A stretch of 64,000 nucleotides of DNA from NCBI GenBank assembly GCA_040755455.1, contig JBFMAY010000010.1:1-64000 (forward strand), given 5' to 3'. The notes beneath the pieces were generated by a model. The model was not told the DNA's origin. It was given only the letters and a program-made list of their open reading frames with translations, and did not search any database. Every line of letters starts with the position of its first letter. The first letter of the stretch is position 1. This document shows, in pieces, positions 9,881 to 19,525 of this stretch. The translations under genes were made by a program, and so were the position numbers. Source of the stretch: Thermodesulfobacteriota bacterium. Lineage in GTDB: Bacteria > Desulfobacterota > Desulfobulbia > Desulfobulbales > SURF-16.

Positions 9881-10858
9881 TTACACTAACAGGCGGAACT
9901 CCCCTTTACCAAGAAGGTCATGCAGGTGCAGCATCCCTGTCAGCAGACCGGCCTTGTTCAGTACGGGCAGGATCGTCACCTCATGCCGCTGCATGATGCT
10001 TAATGCGTCAGCTGCAAGGAGATTCTCTTCAATTGTTTTGGGTGAGGGGGTCATAATATCCTGGGCCTGCATGCGGTCAAGGTCAAGAGTCTTGGTCAGG
10101 CTGATCTGGCGGCGCAGGTCTCCGTCGGTGATAATGCCGCAGAGTTTCCCCTGGTTGTCAGTGATGAGAACAGCACCCAGATTTTTCCCGTTCAAGATGT
10201 TGATGGCCTCACGCAAAGAGGAATCAAGCGTGGTGACAGGGATAAGGGGGCCGGTGATCATAACCTCCTGCACCTTGGTTTTCAGCCGTTCGCCAAGGCT
10301 GCCACCGGGGTGATTTTTGCGGAAATCGCTGACGGCGAATTTCTTTTTCTCAATCAGCACCACCGCCAGAGCATCGCCGAGAGCCAGGGTGGCTGTGGTG
10401 CTTGCCGTAGGGGCAAGGCCCAACGGACAGGCCTCCTTCGGGACTTTGGCCGACAAAACAACGTCGGCAAAGGTGGCCAGGGTGGAATTTTTGTTGCCGG
10501 TCAGGGCGATGGTTTTCACACCCCGCCTTTTCAGGGTCGGCATCAGCATGTTGAGCTCTGTTGTTTCCCCGCTGTAAGAAAGGGCAAGCACCACATCGTT
10601 GTGATCGACAATGCCCAGGTCACCATGCATCGCCTCAACCGGATGGAGGAAAAAAGATGGGGTGCCAGTGCTGTTCAAGGTAGCGGAAATTTTCTGGCCG
10701 ATGATGCCTGATTTGCCGATGCCGGTGATGATAATCCGGCTGGGGCAGTTCATGATCAAGGAAATGGCCTTGTCGAAGTTGGCGTCAAGCTGCTCGATCA
10801 GGGCAAGAATGCCGTCCGCCTCAATCTGTAAAACTTCTTTTGCCAGGGCAAGTGACAT
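9881..10858 (-). CDS. kdsD: Arabinose-5-phosphate isomerase KpsF/GutQ (SIS + CBS)
   Basis: GIGKSG, HPVEAMHGDLG, SYSGET, EACPLGLAPTASTT, HPGGSLG, CBS pair. Confidence 0.93.
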   Translation of the reverse strand: MSLALAKEVLQIEADGILALIEQLDANFDKAISLIMNCPSRIIITGIGKSGIIGQKISATLNSTGTPSFFLHPVEAMHGDLGIVDHNDVVLALSYSGETTELNMLMPTLKRRGVKTIALTGNKNSTLATFADVVLSAKVPKEACPLGLAPTASTTATLALGDALAVVLIEKKKFAVSDFRKNHPGGSLGERLKTKVQEVMITGPLIPVTTLDSSLREAINILNGKNLGAVLITDNQGKLCGIITDGDLRRQISLTKTLDLDRMQAQDIMTPSPKTIEENLLAADALSIMQRHEVTILPVLNKAGLLTGMLHLHDLLGKGEFRLLV

Positions 10859-10882
10859 ATCGTCCCCCCATGCTCTACGGCA

Positions 10883-12289
10883 TCAGCCGAGGGCCAGCTT
10901 GTGGAATCCGGTGTCCGGCTCCACCGGATAAATGTTGTTGAAACAGGCCAGGCAGAATGCGGCGGCGGGCATGCCGGTCGCTTCCACCAAGCCATCCAGG
11001 CTCAGATAGTGCAGGGTGTCAAGATGAAGAAAATCACGGATTTCCGCTATGGATTTCTTGGCTGCGATCAGCTGGTCCTGGGATGGAAAATCAATGCCAT
11101 AATAACAGGGATAACGGGTTGGCGGGCAACTGACCAGCATGTGCACCTCTTTAACCCCGGATTCACGCAGGGAGCGGATCCGGCTGCGGCCTGTGGTGCC
11201 GCGGATAATGGAGTCTTCAACAATCACAACACGTTTGCCCTTGAGAAACGAACGGACCGGATTCAGTTTCACCCGGACGGAAAAGTCCCGCATGGATTGG
11301 GTCGGCTGGATAAAGGTACGACCGACATAGTGGTTGCGGATGACGCCCATTTCCAGCGGAATGCCGGAAGCCTGGGAAAAGCCGATGGCCGCGTAATTAC
11401 CCGAATCAGGAAAGGGCATGACAAAGTCGGCGTCAATCTTGGCCTCGCGGGCGAGGATCTGGCCCATCCTTTTGCGGCAGGTGTACACATTGAGACCAAA
11501 AATATCGCTGTCAGGTCTGGCAAAGTAAACATGCTCGAAAATGCAGAAGCTCGATGACCTCTTTTCCTGGGGGAAGAAGGATTCCAGCCCGTTATGATCA
11601 ATGATCAAAACCTCACCCGGCTCCACATCGCGGATGTAATGTGCTTCTATCAGGTCCAAGGCGCATGTTTCCGAGGCCACGACATAGGCGCCGTTGGAGA
11701 TTTTGCCGAGACAGAGGGGCCTGAAGCCGTTGGGGTCGCGAATGGCCACCAGTTTGTCCTGGCTTAAAATCAGGATTGAGTATGCACCTTTGATCTGCTT
11801 GAATGTTTCAGAGATGGCCTCTTTAAAGGGAAGATGGCTGACGGATGCCAGGAGATGAACCACCACCTCGCTGTCCATGGTGGACTGAAAGATGGACCCC
11901 TTTTTTTCCAGTTCATCGCGTAATTGCCGGATATTGACAAGATTGCCGTTATGGGCCACGGCGAAAAACTGATCACGGTGACGGGCGGTAAACGGCTGGG
12001 CATTGAGAATGTTGGAAGCGCCGGTGGTGGAGTAGCGAACGTGGCCCACGGAGAGGTTGCCCTGTAAACGCAACAGGTCCTTTTCACTGAAAACCTCGGA
12101 TACGAGCCCCATGCACTTACGTTCTGAGATCTGTTTGCCGTCCGAGGTGACGATGCCGGCACTTTCCTGGCCTCGATGCTGGAGGGCATAGAGACCGAAA
12201 TATGTCAATTTGGCAGAATCAGGGTGACCATAAATGCCACAGATTCCACATTCTTCACGGGGCCGTAATGAGGCTTCTCGGGGAGCCAT
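10883..12289 (-). CDS. purF: Amidophosphoribosyltransferase
   Basis: EECGI propeptide junction, LQHRGQESAG, GHVRYST, HNGN, VEDSIIRGTT, Fe-S cysteines. Confidence 0.97.
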   Translation of the reverse strand: MAPREASLRPREECGICGIYGHPDSAKLTYFGLYALQHRGQESAGIVTSDGKQISERKCMGLVSEVFSEKDLLRLQGNLSVGHVRYSTTGASNILNAQPFTARHRDQFFAVAHNGNLVNIRQLRDELEKKGSIFQSTMDSEVVVHLLASVSHLPFKEAISETFKQIKGAYSILILSQDKLVAIRDPNGFRPLCLGKISNGAYVVASETCALDLIEAHYIRDVEPGEVLIIDHNGLESFFPQEKRSSSFCIFEHVYFARPDSDIFGLNVYTCRKRMGQILAREAKIDADFVMPFPDSGNYAAIGFSQASGIPLEMGVIRNHYVGRTFIQPTQSMRDFSVRVKLNPVRSFLKGKRVVIVEDSIIRGTTGRSRIRSLRESGVKEVHMLVSCPPTRYPCYYGIDFPSQDQLIAAKKSIAEIRDFLHLDTLHYLSLDGLVEATGMPAAAFCLACFNNIYPVEPDTGFHKLALG

Positions 12290-12477
12290 GTTTCTGTCCT
12301 CTTTTTAAAACCGTTAAGCACGATAGTAAGTCGTTGGCAAAAGCGCGTCAGGGACGAGCAATTTTAAATTGCCGTTAAAAAAAGGATTCACTTTACCATT
12401 TTTTTTGGAAAAAGAAATTTTTTTTTGCCCTAACTAGGGCCGCAAGCAGGAAGGAAGGGCACAGGCGGGTAAGTGGG

Positions 12478-13854
12478 TCACTCCTGAATCTTTCTGTTGA
12501 CGGCGATCTGGTATTTTTTTAAGTATTTCCATAGTGTTACCCTGCTAATACCCATCATGCGGGCCGCCTCGGATTTATTGCCGCTCGTTGCCTTTAATGC
12601 CTTGACAAGACGTTGGCGTTCGTCTTCCGTTTTGCTCAATTGGGATTTGACCAGGGGAATATTCAACATTTTAAGTCGGGCGGCAAAATGAGAGGGAAGG
12701 TGTTCCGGTAAAATTTCATCGCCGGGACAGAGAACAAAGGCATAGTCTATGGCGTTGATCAGTTCCCGCACATTGCCCGGCCAATTATATTGATAGATAA
12801 GCTCCAGAGCCTGCCTGCTCAACCGGCGGATTTTCTTGCCGGTTTTGATGCTGGTGATGCCGATAAATGCTTCGACAAGGGCAGGGATGTCGTCTTTCCG
12901 CTCCCTCAGCGGGGGGAGATGGATGGGGATGACGCCGATACGATAGTATAGATCCTCCCTGAAGTGGCCCTCTTTGACGAGTTTTGGCAGATTTTTGTTG
13001 GTAGAGGAAATAATGCGGCCCCGTAAAGGATGGTCGGCAGCTCGTCCGATTTCATGATCCCGGAGGATATGGAGCAGCTTTATCTGCAGGGGCAGGGGCA
13101 TATCGCCGATTTCGTCAAGGAAGAGGTCGCCGCCGTTTGCCGCTTCCAGGCGGCCTACAGCAGATGAATGAGGAGCAGTAAAGCCGCCCTCTGCCGGGCC
13201 GAACAGCTCCCTTTCCAGCAGCTCCTCATTGAACGCGGCACAGTTGACCTTGACAAATGGCCCTTCCCGGCGGGCGCCGAGACGGTGTAAGGCGGCGGCG
13301 ACCAGGTCCTTGCCGGTGCCGCTCTCGCCATAAATGACAACCGGCGCATCCGAAAGGGCAGCGCTTCTGGTAAGGTCAAACATCTTGCGCATAACCTCGG
13401 ACCCGCCGATCAACCCCTGGAACCCTTCTTCATAGTCGAGGTGACGCTTGAGGTGATCGATAAGCCGGTCTTTCTCTTCAAGGGAACTCAGGTCGGTCAG
13501 ATTTTCAACTGCAGCCACCACTTTATCTGTTTCATCTCTTAATGTCGTTGCATTCTTCAGAACAGTTACCGCCGTCCCATCCTTGCGGCGAAAGCTGCAG
13601 CGCAGATCTTTTTCCTCGCCTTTCTGAAACAGGCTGCAGCCTCTAAGTTTACCCCTTCGTTTTGTTCTGGTGCACATGTCACATTCCAGCAGGTCACAGC
13701 TTTTGCCGATAAGTTCACTTCTCTTGTACTGCAACAGCTCTTCCAATGCATTGTTAACATAGAGGATTTTGCCTGAAGGATTAACAAGCATCAACCCATC
13801 GGTCATGGTTTCGATAATTTTGTGACCACTTTTGGCAAGGATTTGATCCAGCAT
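12478..13854 (-). CDS. PAS-AAA+-Fis HTH regulator of the bEBP (NtrC) family with degenerate GAFTGA
   Basis: GESGTGKD, VNCAA, LFLDEIGD, FREDLYYR, WPGNVREL, HTH GNKSEAARMMGISRVTLWK. Confidence 0.9.
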   Translation of the reverse strand: MLDQILAKSGHKIIETMTDGLMLVNPSGKILYVNNALEELLQYKRSELIGKSCDLLECDMCTRTKRRGKLRGCSLFQKGEEKDLRCSFRRKDGTAVTVLKNATTLRDETDKVVAAVENLTDLSSLEEKDRLIDHLKRHLDYEEGFQGLIGGSEVMRKMFDLTRSAALSDAPVVIYGESGTGKDLVAAALHRLGARREGPFVKVNCAAFNEELLERELFGPAEGGFTAPHSSAVGRLEAANGGDLFLDEIGDMPLPLQIKLLHILRDHEIGRAADHPLRGRIISSTNKNLPKLVKEGHFREDLYYRIGVIPIHLPPLRERKDDIPALVEAFIGITSIKTGKKIRRLSRQALELIYQYNWPGNVRELINAIDYAFVLCPGDEILPEHLPSHFAARLKMLNIPLVKSQLSKTEDERQRLVKALKATSGNKSEAARMMGISRVTLWKYLKKYQIAVNRKIQE

Positions 13855-14267
13855 GATATTTATACTCCATTTATCCCAAAGGAATTTCTCACCATATTAG
13901 CATATGTAAACCTTTAATGCATGGGTTAATGCGCATTCCTGCTGCAATGTGATATCAGTTGTTTGGCGGCGCTCGTGCCTGGTTCGACTGCTGGATGCGA
14001 TAAAGAATGTCTGCAAAACAGCAAAGTCCATGTTACTATTCGTAGGTGGACCGACAGATTGGCACGGAAATCAAGACCGCCTTGACGGAAAACTTCCGGC
14101 GGGATATATAATCTTCCCATGGCAAAGCGGACGAACGACAAAAAAATAATTTTTTCCCCCCATTGCCTGGTAAGATAGGATCGGATTTCCCTTAACCGAT
14201 AATCCGGTCTTTATTGGCCGGCTCAAGGAATGAATAATGACCCAACAAAATAGACAGGATACAGACG

Positions 14268-14549
14268 ATGCCTGAACATATTGACGAAATTTCCATTAAT
14301 TATGAAGAAGATGGCGTTTTGATTGTCAAGGAGCTGGATAAGGTTGTTTTGTCCAAAGGAGCGTGGTCGACCATCATTTTCCGCTACCAGCAATGGGACA
14401 ACAAAAAGAATGAATATGGGCCGGACCGCTATACCATTCGCAGGTACCGTAAGCTGAAGGGGATCTATCAGGCCCAGGGGAAATTTAATATTTCCAGCAA
14501 GGAACAGGCGCAGAAAATCGTGGAGGCCCTGCAGGGCTGGATTTCCTGA
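14268..14549 (+). CDS. Small conserved-looking hypothetical protein, possible PC4-like fold
   Basis: 93 aa, AGGA RBS, beta-rich pattern with C-terminal amphipathic helix. Confidence 0.7.
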   Translation: MPEHIDEISINYEEDGVLIVKELDKVVLSKGAWSTIIFRYQQWDNKKNEYGPDRYTIRRYRKLKGIYQAQGKFNISSKEQAQKIVEALQGWIS

Positions 14550-14738
14550 AGTATCGGCTCGCAACGGCCCGGACATGGCCCGCATGCAGCCTGTTGACTG
14601 CAGAAAAATTTCCCGCATGTCCCCTGGCATATCTCAATGGGGGGCATTATACTGTATCCCAAGAAAGAGCAGGTGGCAATGATTCCGCCGTGAACGGTTG
14701 GCCGGAGATGTTCTGCGTGGCCGGCCAGAGAACGAGCC

Positions 14739-14948
14739 ATGAAGGTAAATTTCAAGATCGATTATATCAGCCAGACCGCAGCCCACTTTACCTCATTTCC
14801 CCTTCCGGAACAGAGCCGGCAGATTCTGCAGGAGAATATGCATGATCAGGCCGACCGGGCGCGGAATGTGCAGTCCGAGATCGGCCGCAGGGCACGGGAT
14901 AAAGCTCTGGCGCAGATGAAAGGCAGCAAAGTAAATGCCTATGGTTAG
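14739..14948 (+). CDS. Small hypothetical protein
   Basis: 69-aa ORF, helical, ends KGSKVNAYG. Confidence 0.5.
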   Translation: MKVNFKIDYISQTAAHFTSFPLPEQSRQILQENMHDQADRARNVQSEIGRRARDKALAQMKGSKVNAYG

Positions 14949-15052
14949 GGCATGTTCGTTTAAAGTCTTTTTGCTTGACAGACTGGAAAGCAAAAATGAA
15001 AAACCAGTTCTCCTTATGGCAAAACAGCCATGACAGACAGGAAGGATTTGCG

Positions 15053-15361
15053 ATGAAGTTCTGGTGGACGAAAAAGAAGTGTGCCCATCATGGCCCGCAG
15101 TGCGGTAAGACCAAGTGCGGTGAAAAGTGCCGGTTGCTCAGCGACATGACTCCCGGCAGTTGCGTCTGCGTCAGAAGACACCACTCCTGCGGCGCCGTGC
15201 GGCAGCGTCTTCTCGATCTTGGCATCATACCTTTTGCCAAGGTCAATGTGGTCAACAAGGCCCCTCTCGGGGGAGCAATTCATCTGCGTGTCGGCGACTC
15301 CAATCTCATTCTGAGCAAGTCCGAGGCTGACCAGATAGAAGTCGATATTGTCATGCCATAG
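15053..15361 (+). CDS. feoA: FeoA-family protein with Cys/His-rich N-terminus
   Basis: LSDMTPG, RQRLLDLGI, KAPLGG, LSKSEADQIEV; AAGGA RBS. Confidence 0.82.
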   Translation: MKFWWTKKKCAHHGPQCGKTKCGEKCRLLSDMTPGSCVCVRRHHSCGAVRQRLLDLGIIPFAKVNVVNKAPLGGAIHLRVGDSNLILSKSEADQIEVDIVMP

Positions 15362-15551
15362 TTCCCTCCCCTTTTTTCATTTCCATATAGCTGCGCCGTG
15401 TGTTCTATGAAAAAAATATTTAGCATGGGTAGGTTGTGTGGTATTCTCTGTTTAGCTGAAGTAATAGTTGTTAATATCCTCTGTGAACTGGAGGGAAAAT
15501 GGTCAGACTTTTCCGCAAATGAATGTGTAACCTGGTTCGGAGATAATTTTT

Positions 15552-16436
15552 ATGACTGAAGTTGCCGCTGAACAGGAACTGTACCGCGCTTGCCGGATTA
15601 TATTCGGCCCCGACTTGACGGTTTCCCGGGAATTTCTCGAATATATCCAGTTTTCCGGCGTAAAAAGCGCCTTTCGCAAAAAGGCCATGGAAACCCATCC
15701 GGACCGATTGACGGGCCATGATGATCTGGCGAGAAAAAGAAGCGCCCACATGTTTCATGCTGTCCAGCAGGCCTATGAAAAGCTAATGCAGTACCTTGAG
15801 GCCCGTGAAAAAGGATTTCGCTTTCACGGCAGAGGCCGATCTTCTCCCGGCACCTGCTGCCCTGCCAGGCGCAGCCCTTATCAGACAAACCAGCAGAGGG
15901 GAAAAGGCCCTGCTGCCAAATACAAATTTTCCGGGCCAGGCCCAATACGGCAGGGGAAAAGCAGGACAGGAGGATCTCACCCAGAAGGGGAGAGCCAAAG
16001 GTCTTTTGATGGCCAGGACCTCTATCGCGGCCCGCTGCCAAACCGGCAGCTGCTGTTCGGGCACTATCTCTATTATGCCGGCCAGGTCAGCTGGCAGAGC
16101 GTTATCAAGGCGTTAATGTGGCAGAAGGCGCAACGTCCGCGGCTGGGGGAAATCGCCCGGGAACGGGGCTGGCTGAGCAGCGATGAAATTTTTCTTGTTT
16201 TAAAGAGCTGCGCCGGCTCGTCCCTGCCTTTTGGTCAGCAGGCACTCCAGCAGGGATTACTGACCAAGGCGCAGCTTCTCACCCTTTTGTTTGAACAGCG
16301 GCGCCAGCATAAGAAAGTCGGCGAGTTTTTCGTCAAGCACAATATGCTGACCTCTCAGCAGCTGCAGGTACTGCTGGACCGTTTTCAACACCATAATGCA
16401 AGACTCGCCCGCTCGCGTCCCGCCTGGCCAAGATAG
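15552..16436 (+). CDS. J-domain (DnaJ) protein with C-terminal MshEN-like repeats
   Basis: VKSAFRKKAMETHPD and FHAVQQAYEKL J-domain; RLGEIARERGWLS-type repeats. Confidence 0.8.
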   Translation: MTEVAAEQELYRACRIIFGPDLTVSREFLEYIQFSGVKSAFRKKAMETHPDRLTGHDDLARKRSAHMFHAVQQAYEKLMQYLEAREKGFRFHGRGRSSPGTCCPARRSPYQTNQQRGKGPAAKYKFSGPGPIRQGKSRTGGSHPEGESQRSFDGQDLYRGPLPNRQLLFGHYLYYAGQVSWQSVIKALMWQKAQRPRLGEIARERGWLSSDEIFLVLKSCAGSSLPFGQQALQQGLLTKAQLLTLLFEQRRQHKKVGEFFVKHNMLTSQQLQVLLDRFQHHNARLARSRPAWPR

Positions 16437-18241
16437 TGATTTATAACAACCTCATATATCTTGTCGTAGTCATTTTTATCCTCACCACCAACAGTATCCC
16501 GGATACTCCCCTGCTGGGCCCAGGTTTTACCTCCCTGCTTTTTGTGCTGAAGGGGGCCTTTTTTTTTCTGCTGGTGACCCTCACCTATGGCAGGAACCGG
16601 GTCAATCAGGCATCGAGCTATTTTTCCGCTGAAGTGAAACTTTCCATCCTGGCCATTATTTCATTGGCCATAGATGTCTATTTTCTCGACTGCCAATATT
16701 ATTTCGCCCGGCTGCCGGGGACCGGCAGCCTGCCTGTGCTGACCAGCCTGGCCGGCATTGTGCTCTTTTTTTGCTATCTCTCCCTCATCTGGTACGGAGC
16801 CAGAAAGAGTTATGGCCTGGTGTTTGGCCGGCATTACACCGGTTTCACCTTTATTAAAACCAATCTCAAAAATAATATCCCCATTATCCTGCCATGGCTG
16901 ACTCTTTCGCTGCTGGCGGATATCCTGCTGCTGCTTCCCTTTCCTGCTGTCAAAAAATTTTTCCAGTCATCCTGGGGGGAACCGCTTTTTTTCCTCATCT
17001 TCTTTATCCTGCTGGCCGTTGCCTTTCCCGAGATCATCAGACGGCTGTGGGGATGCAGTTCCATGCACCAGGGGCTGACGCGTACCCATATCGAGAACTT
17101 CTGCCGGAGACAGGGCCTGAAGTATGCCGATATTCTGGTCTGGCCCCTGTTTGAGGGGCTGGTTCTGACTGCCGGGGTCATGGGGCTTATCCAACGCTTC
17201 CGTTATATCCTCTTTACCCCTGCCCTGTTACGCAACCTGACCATTGAGGAGGTGGATGCGGTCATGGCCCATGAAATCGGCCATGTGAAACGCTACCATC
17301 TCCAGCTGTACATTGTCCTGCTGTTGGGCTTCAGTCTCGTCGCCCAGCTCGGCTCCTATCTTTTCATGTATGTTTTGCTAAAATCCGACCACTTTTACCA
17401 ACTCAGCGCCTTTCTGGGCAAGAAAACGGATACGGTTTTGATCTTTGTCAGCACCTTTGCCCTGCTGGTTCTGTTGATTTTTTATTTCCGTTTTATTTTT
17501 GGATTTTTTATGCGCAATTTTGAACGGCAGGCTGACCTGCACGCCCTGACAAGCATGGGAAGCAACCAGGGCATCATCAATGCCCTGGAAAAGGTGGCCT
17601 GGCTCAGCGGTAATATCAGGGAGCTGCCCAGCTGGCATCACTTCGGCATAGCCGAACGGGTTGCCTTCCTGAACCGCTGCCAGCATGACCACCGCCAAAT
17701 CGCCAGACATCACCGCAAGGTCTATGGCGCCCTGCTGCTGTATCTTTTTGTCCTTGCCGGCACGGGTTTTACCCTGTGGAAGATGCCGGATGATCTGCTG
17801 CAGAGAGCCCCCCTGGATCATCTGACCAAGCTCTATACGGAAAAAATAACGGAGGAGCCCGCTAATCCTCTCTGGTATCAGCTGCTCGGGGATCTGCACC
17901 AGGGAAGAAAATTTTATGCGGAGGCAGTGTCTTCCTATGAAAAGGGCCTGGCCCTTTCCCCAAACCATCCTGAAATTTTAAATAATCTCGCCTGGATTCT
18001 GCTCACGGCCGATGATCAGCAAATCAAAGATCCCTCAAGGGCCCTCATGCTGGCAAGGGCGGCTGCCGCCGCAAGGCCAGCTGGCCATATACTTGACACC
18101 CTGGCCCTTGCCTATTGGCAGAACGGTTTTGCCGAGAAGGCCCGGCAGGCCGAAAAACAGGCGATCGCTGCTGATCCTGAAAACAGTGAATATTACACAA
18201 AGCAGCTGGGGAAATATACCTCGGCGGCGCGGATTGATTGA
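16436..18241 (+). CDS. Multi-pass membrane M48 (Ste24-like) zinc protease with C-terminal TPRs
   Basis: Many TM helices, AHEIGH, FERQAD, TPR LNNLAWILLT; GTG start overlaps upstream stop. Confidence 0.85.
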   Translation: MIYNNLIYLVVVIFILTTNSIPDTPLLGPGFTSLLFVLKGAFFFLLVTLTYGRNRVNQASSYFSAEVKLSILAIISLAIDVYFLDCQYYFARLPGTGSLPVLTSLAGIVLFFCYLSLIWYGARKSYGLVFGRHYTGFTFIKTNLKNNIPIILPWLTLSLLADILLLLPFPAVKKFFQSSWGEPLFFLIFFILLAVAFPEIIRRLWGCSSMHQGLTRTHIENFCRRQGLKYADILVWPLFEGLVLTAGVMGLIQRFRYILFTPALLRNLTIEEVDAVMAHEIGHVKRYHLQLYIVLLLGFSLVAQLGSYLFMYVLLKSDHFYQLSAFLGKKTDTVLIFVSTFALLVLLIFYFRFIFGFFMRNFERQADLHALTSMGSNQGIINALEKVAWLSGNIRELPSWHHFGIAERVAFLNRCQHDHRQIARHHRKVYGALLLYLFVLAGTGFTLWKMPDDLLQRAPLDHLTKLYTEKITEEPANPLWYQLLGDLHQGRKFYAEAVSSYEKGLALSPNHPEILNNLAWILLTADDQQIKDPSRALMLARAAAAARPAGHILDTLALAYWQNGFAEKARQAEKQAIAADPENSEYYTKQLGKYTSAARID

Positions 18242-18243
18242 TC

Positions 18244-18792
18244 ATGGAAAATAAAGAGGGAAATAAAGGACAACGCCGCGGCCTTGTCCTGCTGCATACC
18301 GGTGACGGCAAGGGGAAATCGACGGCCGCTTTCGGCCAGGCTCTGCGCGCGGCGGGCCAGGGGCTGCGGGTGTGCATTGTGCAGTTCATCAAAGGGCAAT
18401 TTCAAACCGGCGAAGCCAAGGCGTTTCAGGCCCTGGCCGGCAATGTGGAGTTTCATGTCAAGGGCAGCGGCTTTACCTGGCAGCAGAAGGATAAGGAAGA
18501 GGTGACAAAGGTCGCGAGGCAGGCCTTTGCTTTCGCCAGGGAGAAGATCATGAGCGGACGTTATGACATGGTGGTGCTCGATGAGTTCACCTATCTGGTC
18601 ACCTATGGCATGGTGGATGAGGCTGAGGTGCTTGAGCTGATCAGCGGCAGGCCGCCCGGTCTGCATCTTGTCATTACGGGCCGCTATGCCAGTGAAAAAC
18701 TTGTGGCGGCAGCGGACCTGGTTTCAGAGGTGAGGATGATCAAGCATCCTTATAGCGCCGGGGTGCAGGCCCAGAAAGGTATTGAATTTTAA
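18244..18792 (+). CDS. cobO: Cob(I)yrinic acid a,c-diamide adenosyltransferase
   Basis: HTGDGKGKSTAAFG, VQFIKG, VVLDE, VITGR, KHPY, GIEF. Confidence 0.93.
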   Translation: MENKEGNKGQRRGLVLLHTGDGKGKSTAAFGQALRAAGQGLRVCIVQFIKGQFQTGEAKAFQALAGNVEFHVKGSGFTWQQKDKEEVTKVARQAFAFAREKIMSGRYDMVVLDEFTYLVTYGMVDEAEVLELISGRPPGLHLVITGRYASEKLVAAADLVSEVRMIKHPYSAGVQAQKGIEF

Positions 18793-19487
18793 AAGCCGCC
18801 GCGGATTATGGCCAGCGGTGTCTGGAAATCGAGGGAGGAAAGGTCCTTGCCCTCGCTCAGGGCCTGGCCGAGCATGGCGCCGAAGCGGCAGGCCTCTTCC
18901 AGCTGTTTTTTTGCATGGCCGTAGCGTGGGTAATACCTGCCGATGAATTGCGATCTCTCCGGAGATCTGCCGGCAAGCTTCAAGAACACTCCCAAGGTCC
19001 GCCAGGGCTCTTTGCTGGGATGGGTAAAGACAATGCGGTTGGCGACGGATGCCCCGTTTTTGTTCAGCAGGGCGCGCAAGCCGAACCAGTGCATCCGCCA
19101 GTATCCCCGGCAGGAGATAAGGGGGATAACGGCCTGGTTGGCAAAAAGGGTGCTGCCGTCCCGGTCAAAAAGTGCCAAAATCGGACCGCTGGGATGATAG
19201 GACCAGGTGGGCCCGGCGAGGATCATCAGATCATAGCGGCCCTTGCATTTATCTGACAAAGGTGCTATGGGAATGCGCTTTCTAAAAAAGGTCAGCAGCA
19301 TCATGACAACGGTTGCCCGGATTGATCCAAAGGGAAAGCGCAGGGGCTTCACCGGGCGCAGCCTTTCAATGGTTACCGCTACGCCGGCGGATTCCAGGCC
19401 ATTGGCCAGTCTGGCCAGCAGGTTGCTCGTCTGGCCGCTTAAGGAATAGCAGATAATCAAGATTTTCTTTGCTGCCGCTGTGTCCAT
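18789..19487 (-). CDS. Flavodoxin-fold protein resembling dialkylresorcinol condensing enzyme DarA
   Basis: ILIICYSLSGQT, PLRFPF, YDLMILAGPTW, VIPLISCRGYW. Confidence 0.6.
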   Translation of the reverse strand: MDTAAAKKILIICYSLSGQTSNLLARLANGLESAGVAVTIERLRPVKPLRFPFGSIRATVVMMLLTFFRKRIPIAPLSDKCKGRYDLMILAGPTWSYHPSGPILALFDRDGSTLFANQAVIPLISCRGYWRMHWFGLRALLNKNGASVANRIVFTHPSKEPWRTLGVFLKLAGRSPERSQFIGRYYPRYGHAKKQLEEACRFGAMLGQALSEGKDLSSLDFQTPLAIIRGGF

Positions 19488-19525
19488 GAGGCCCCATTTT
19501 ACCCCATGAAAAGGAATTTTTCATT

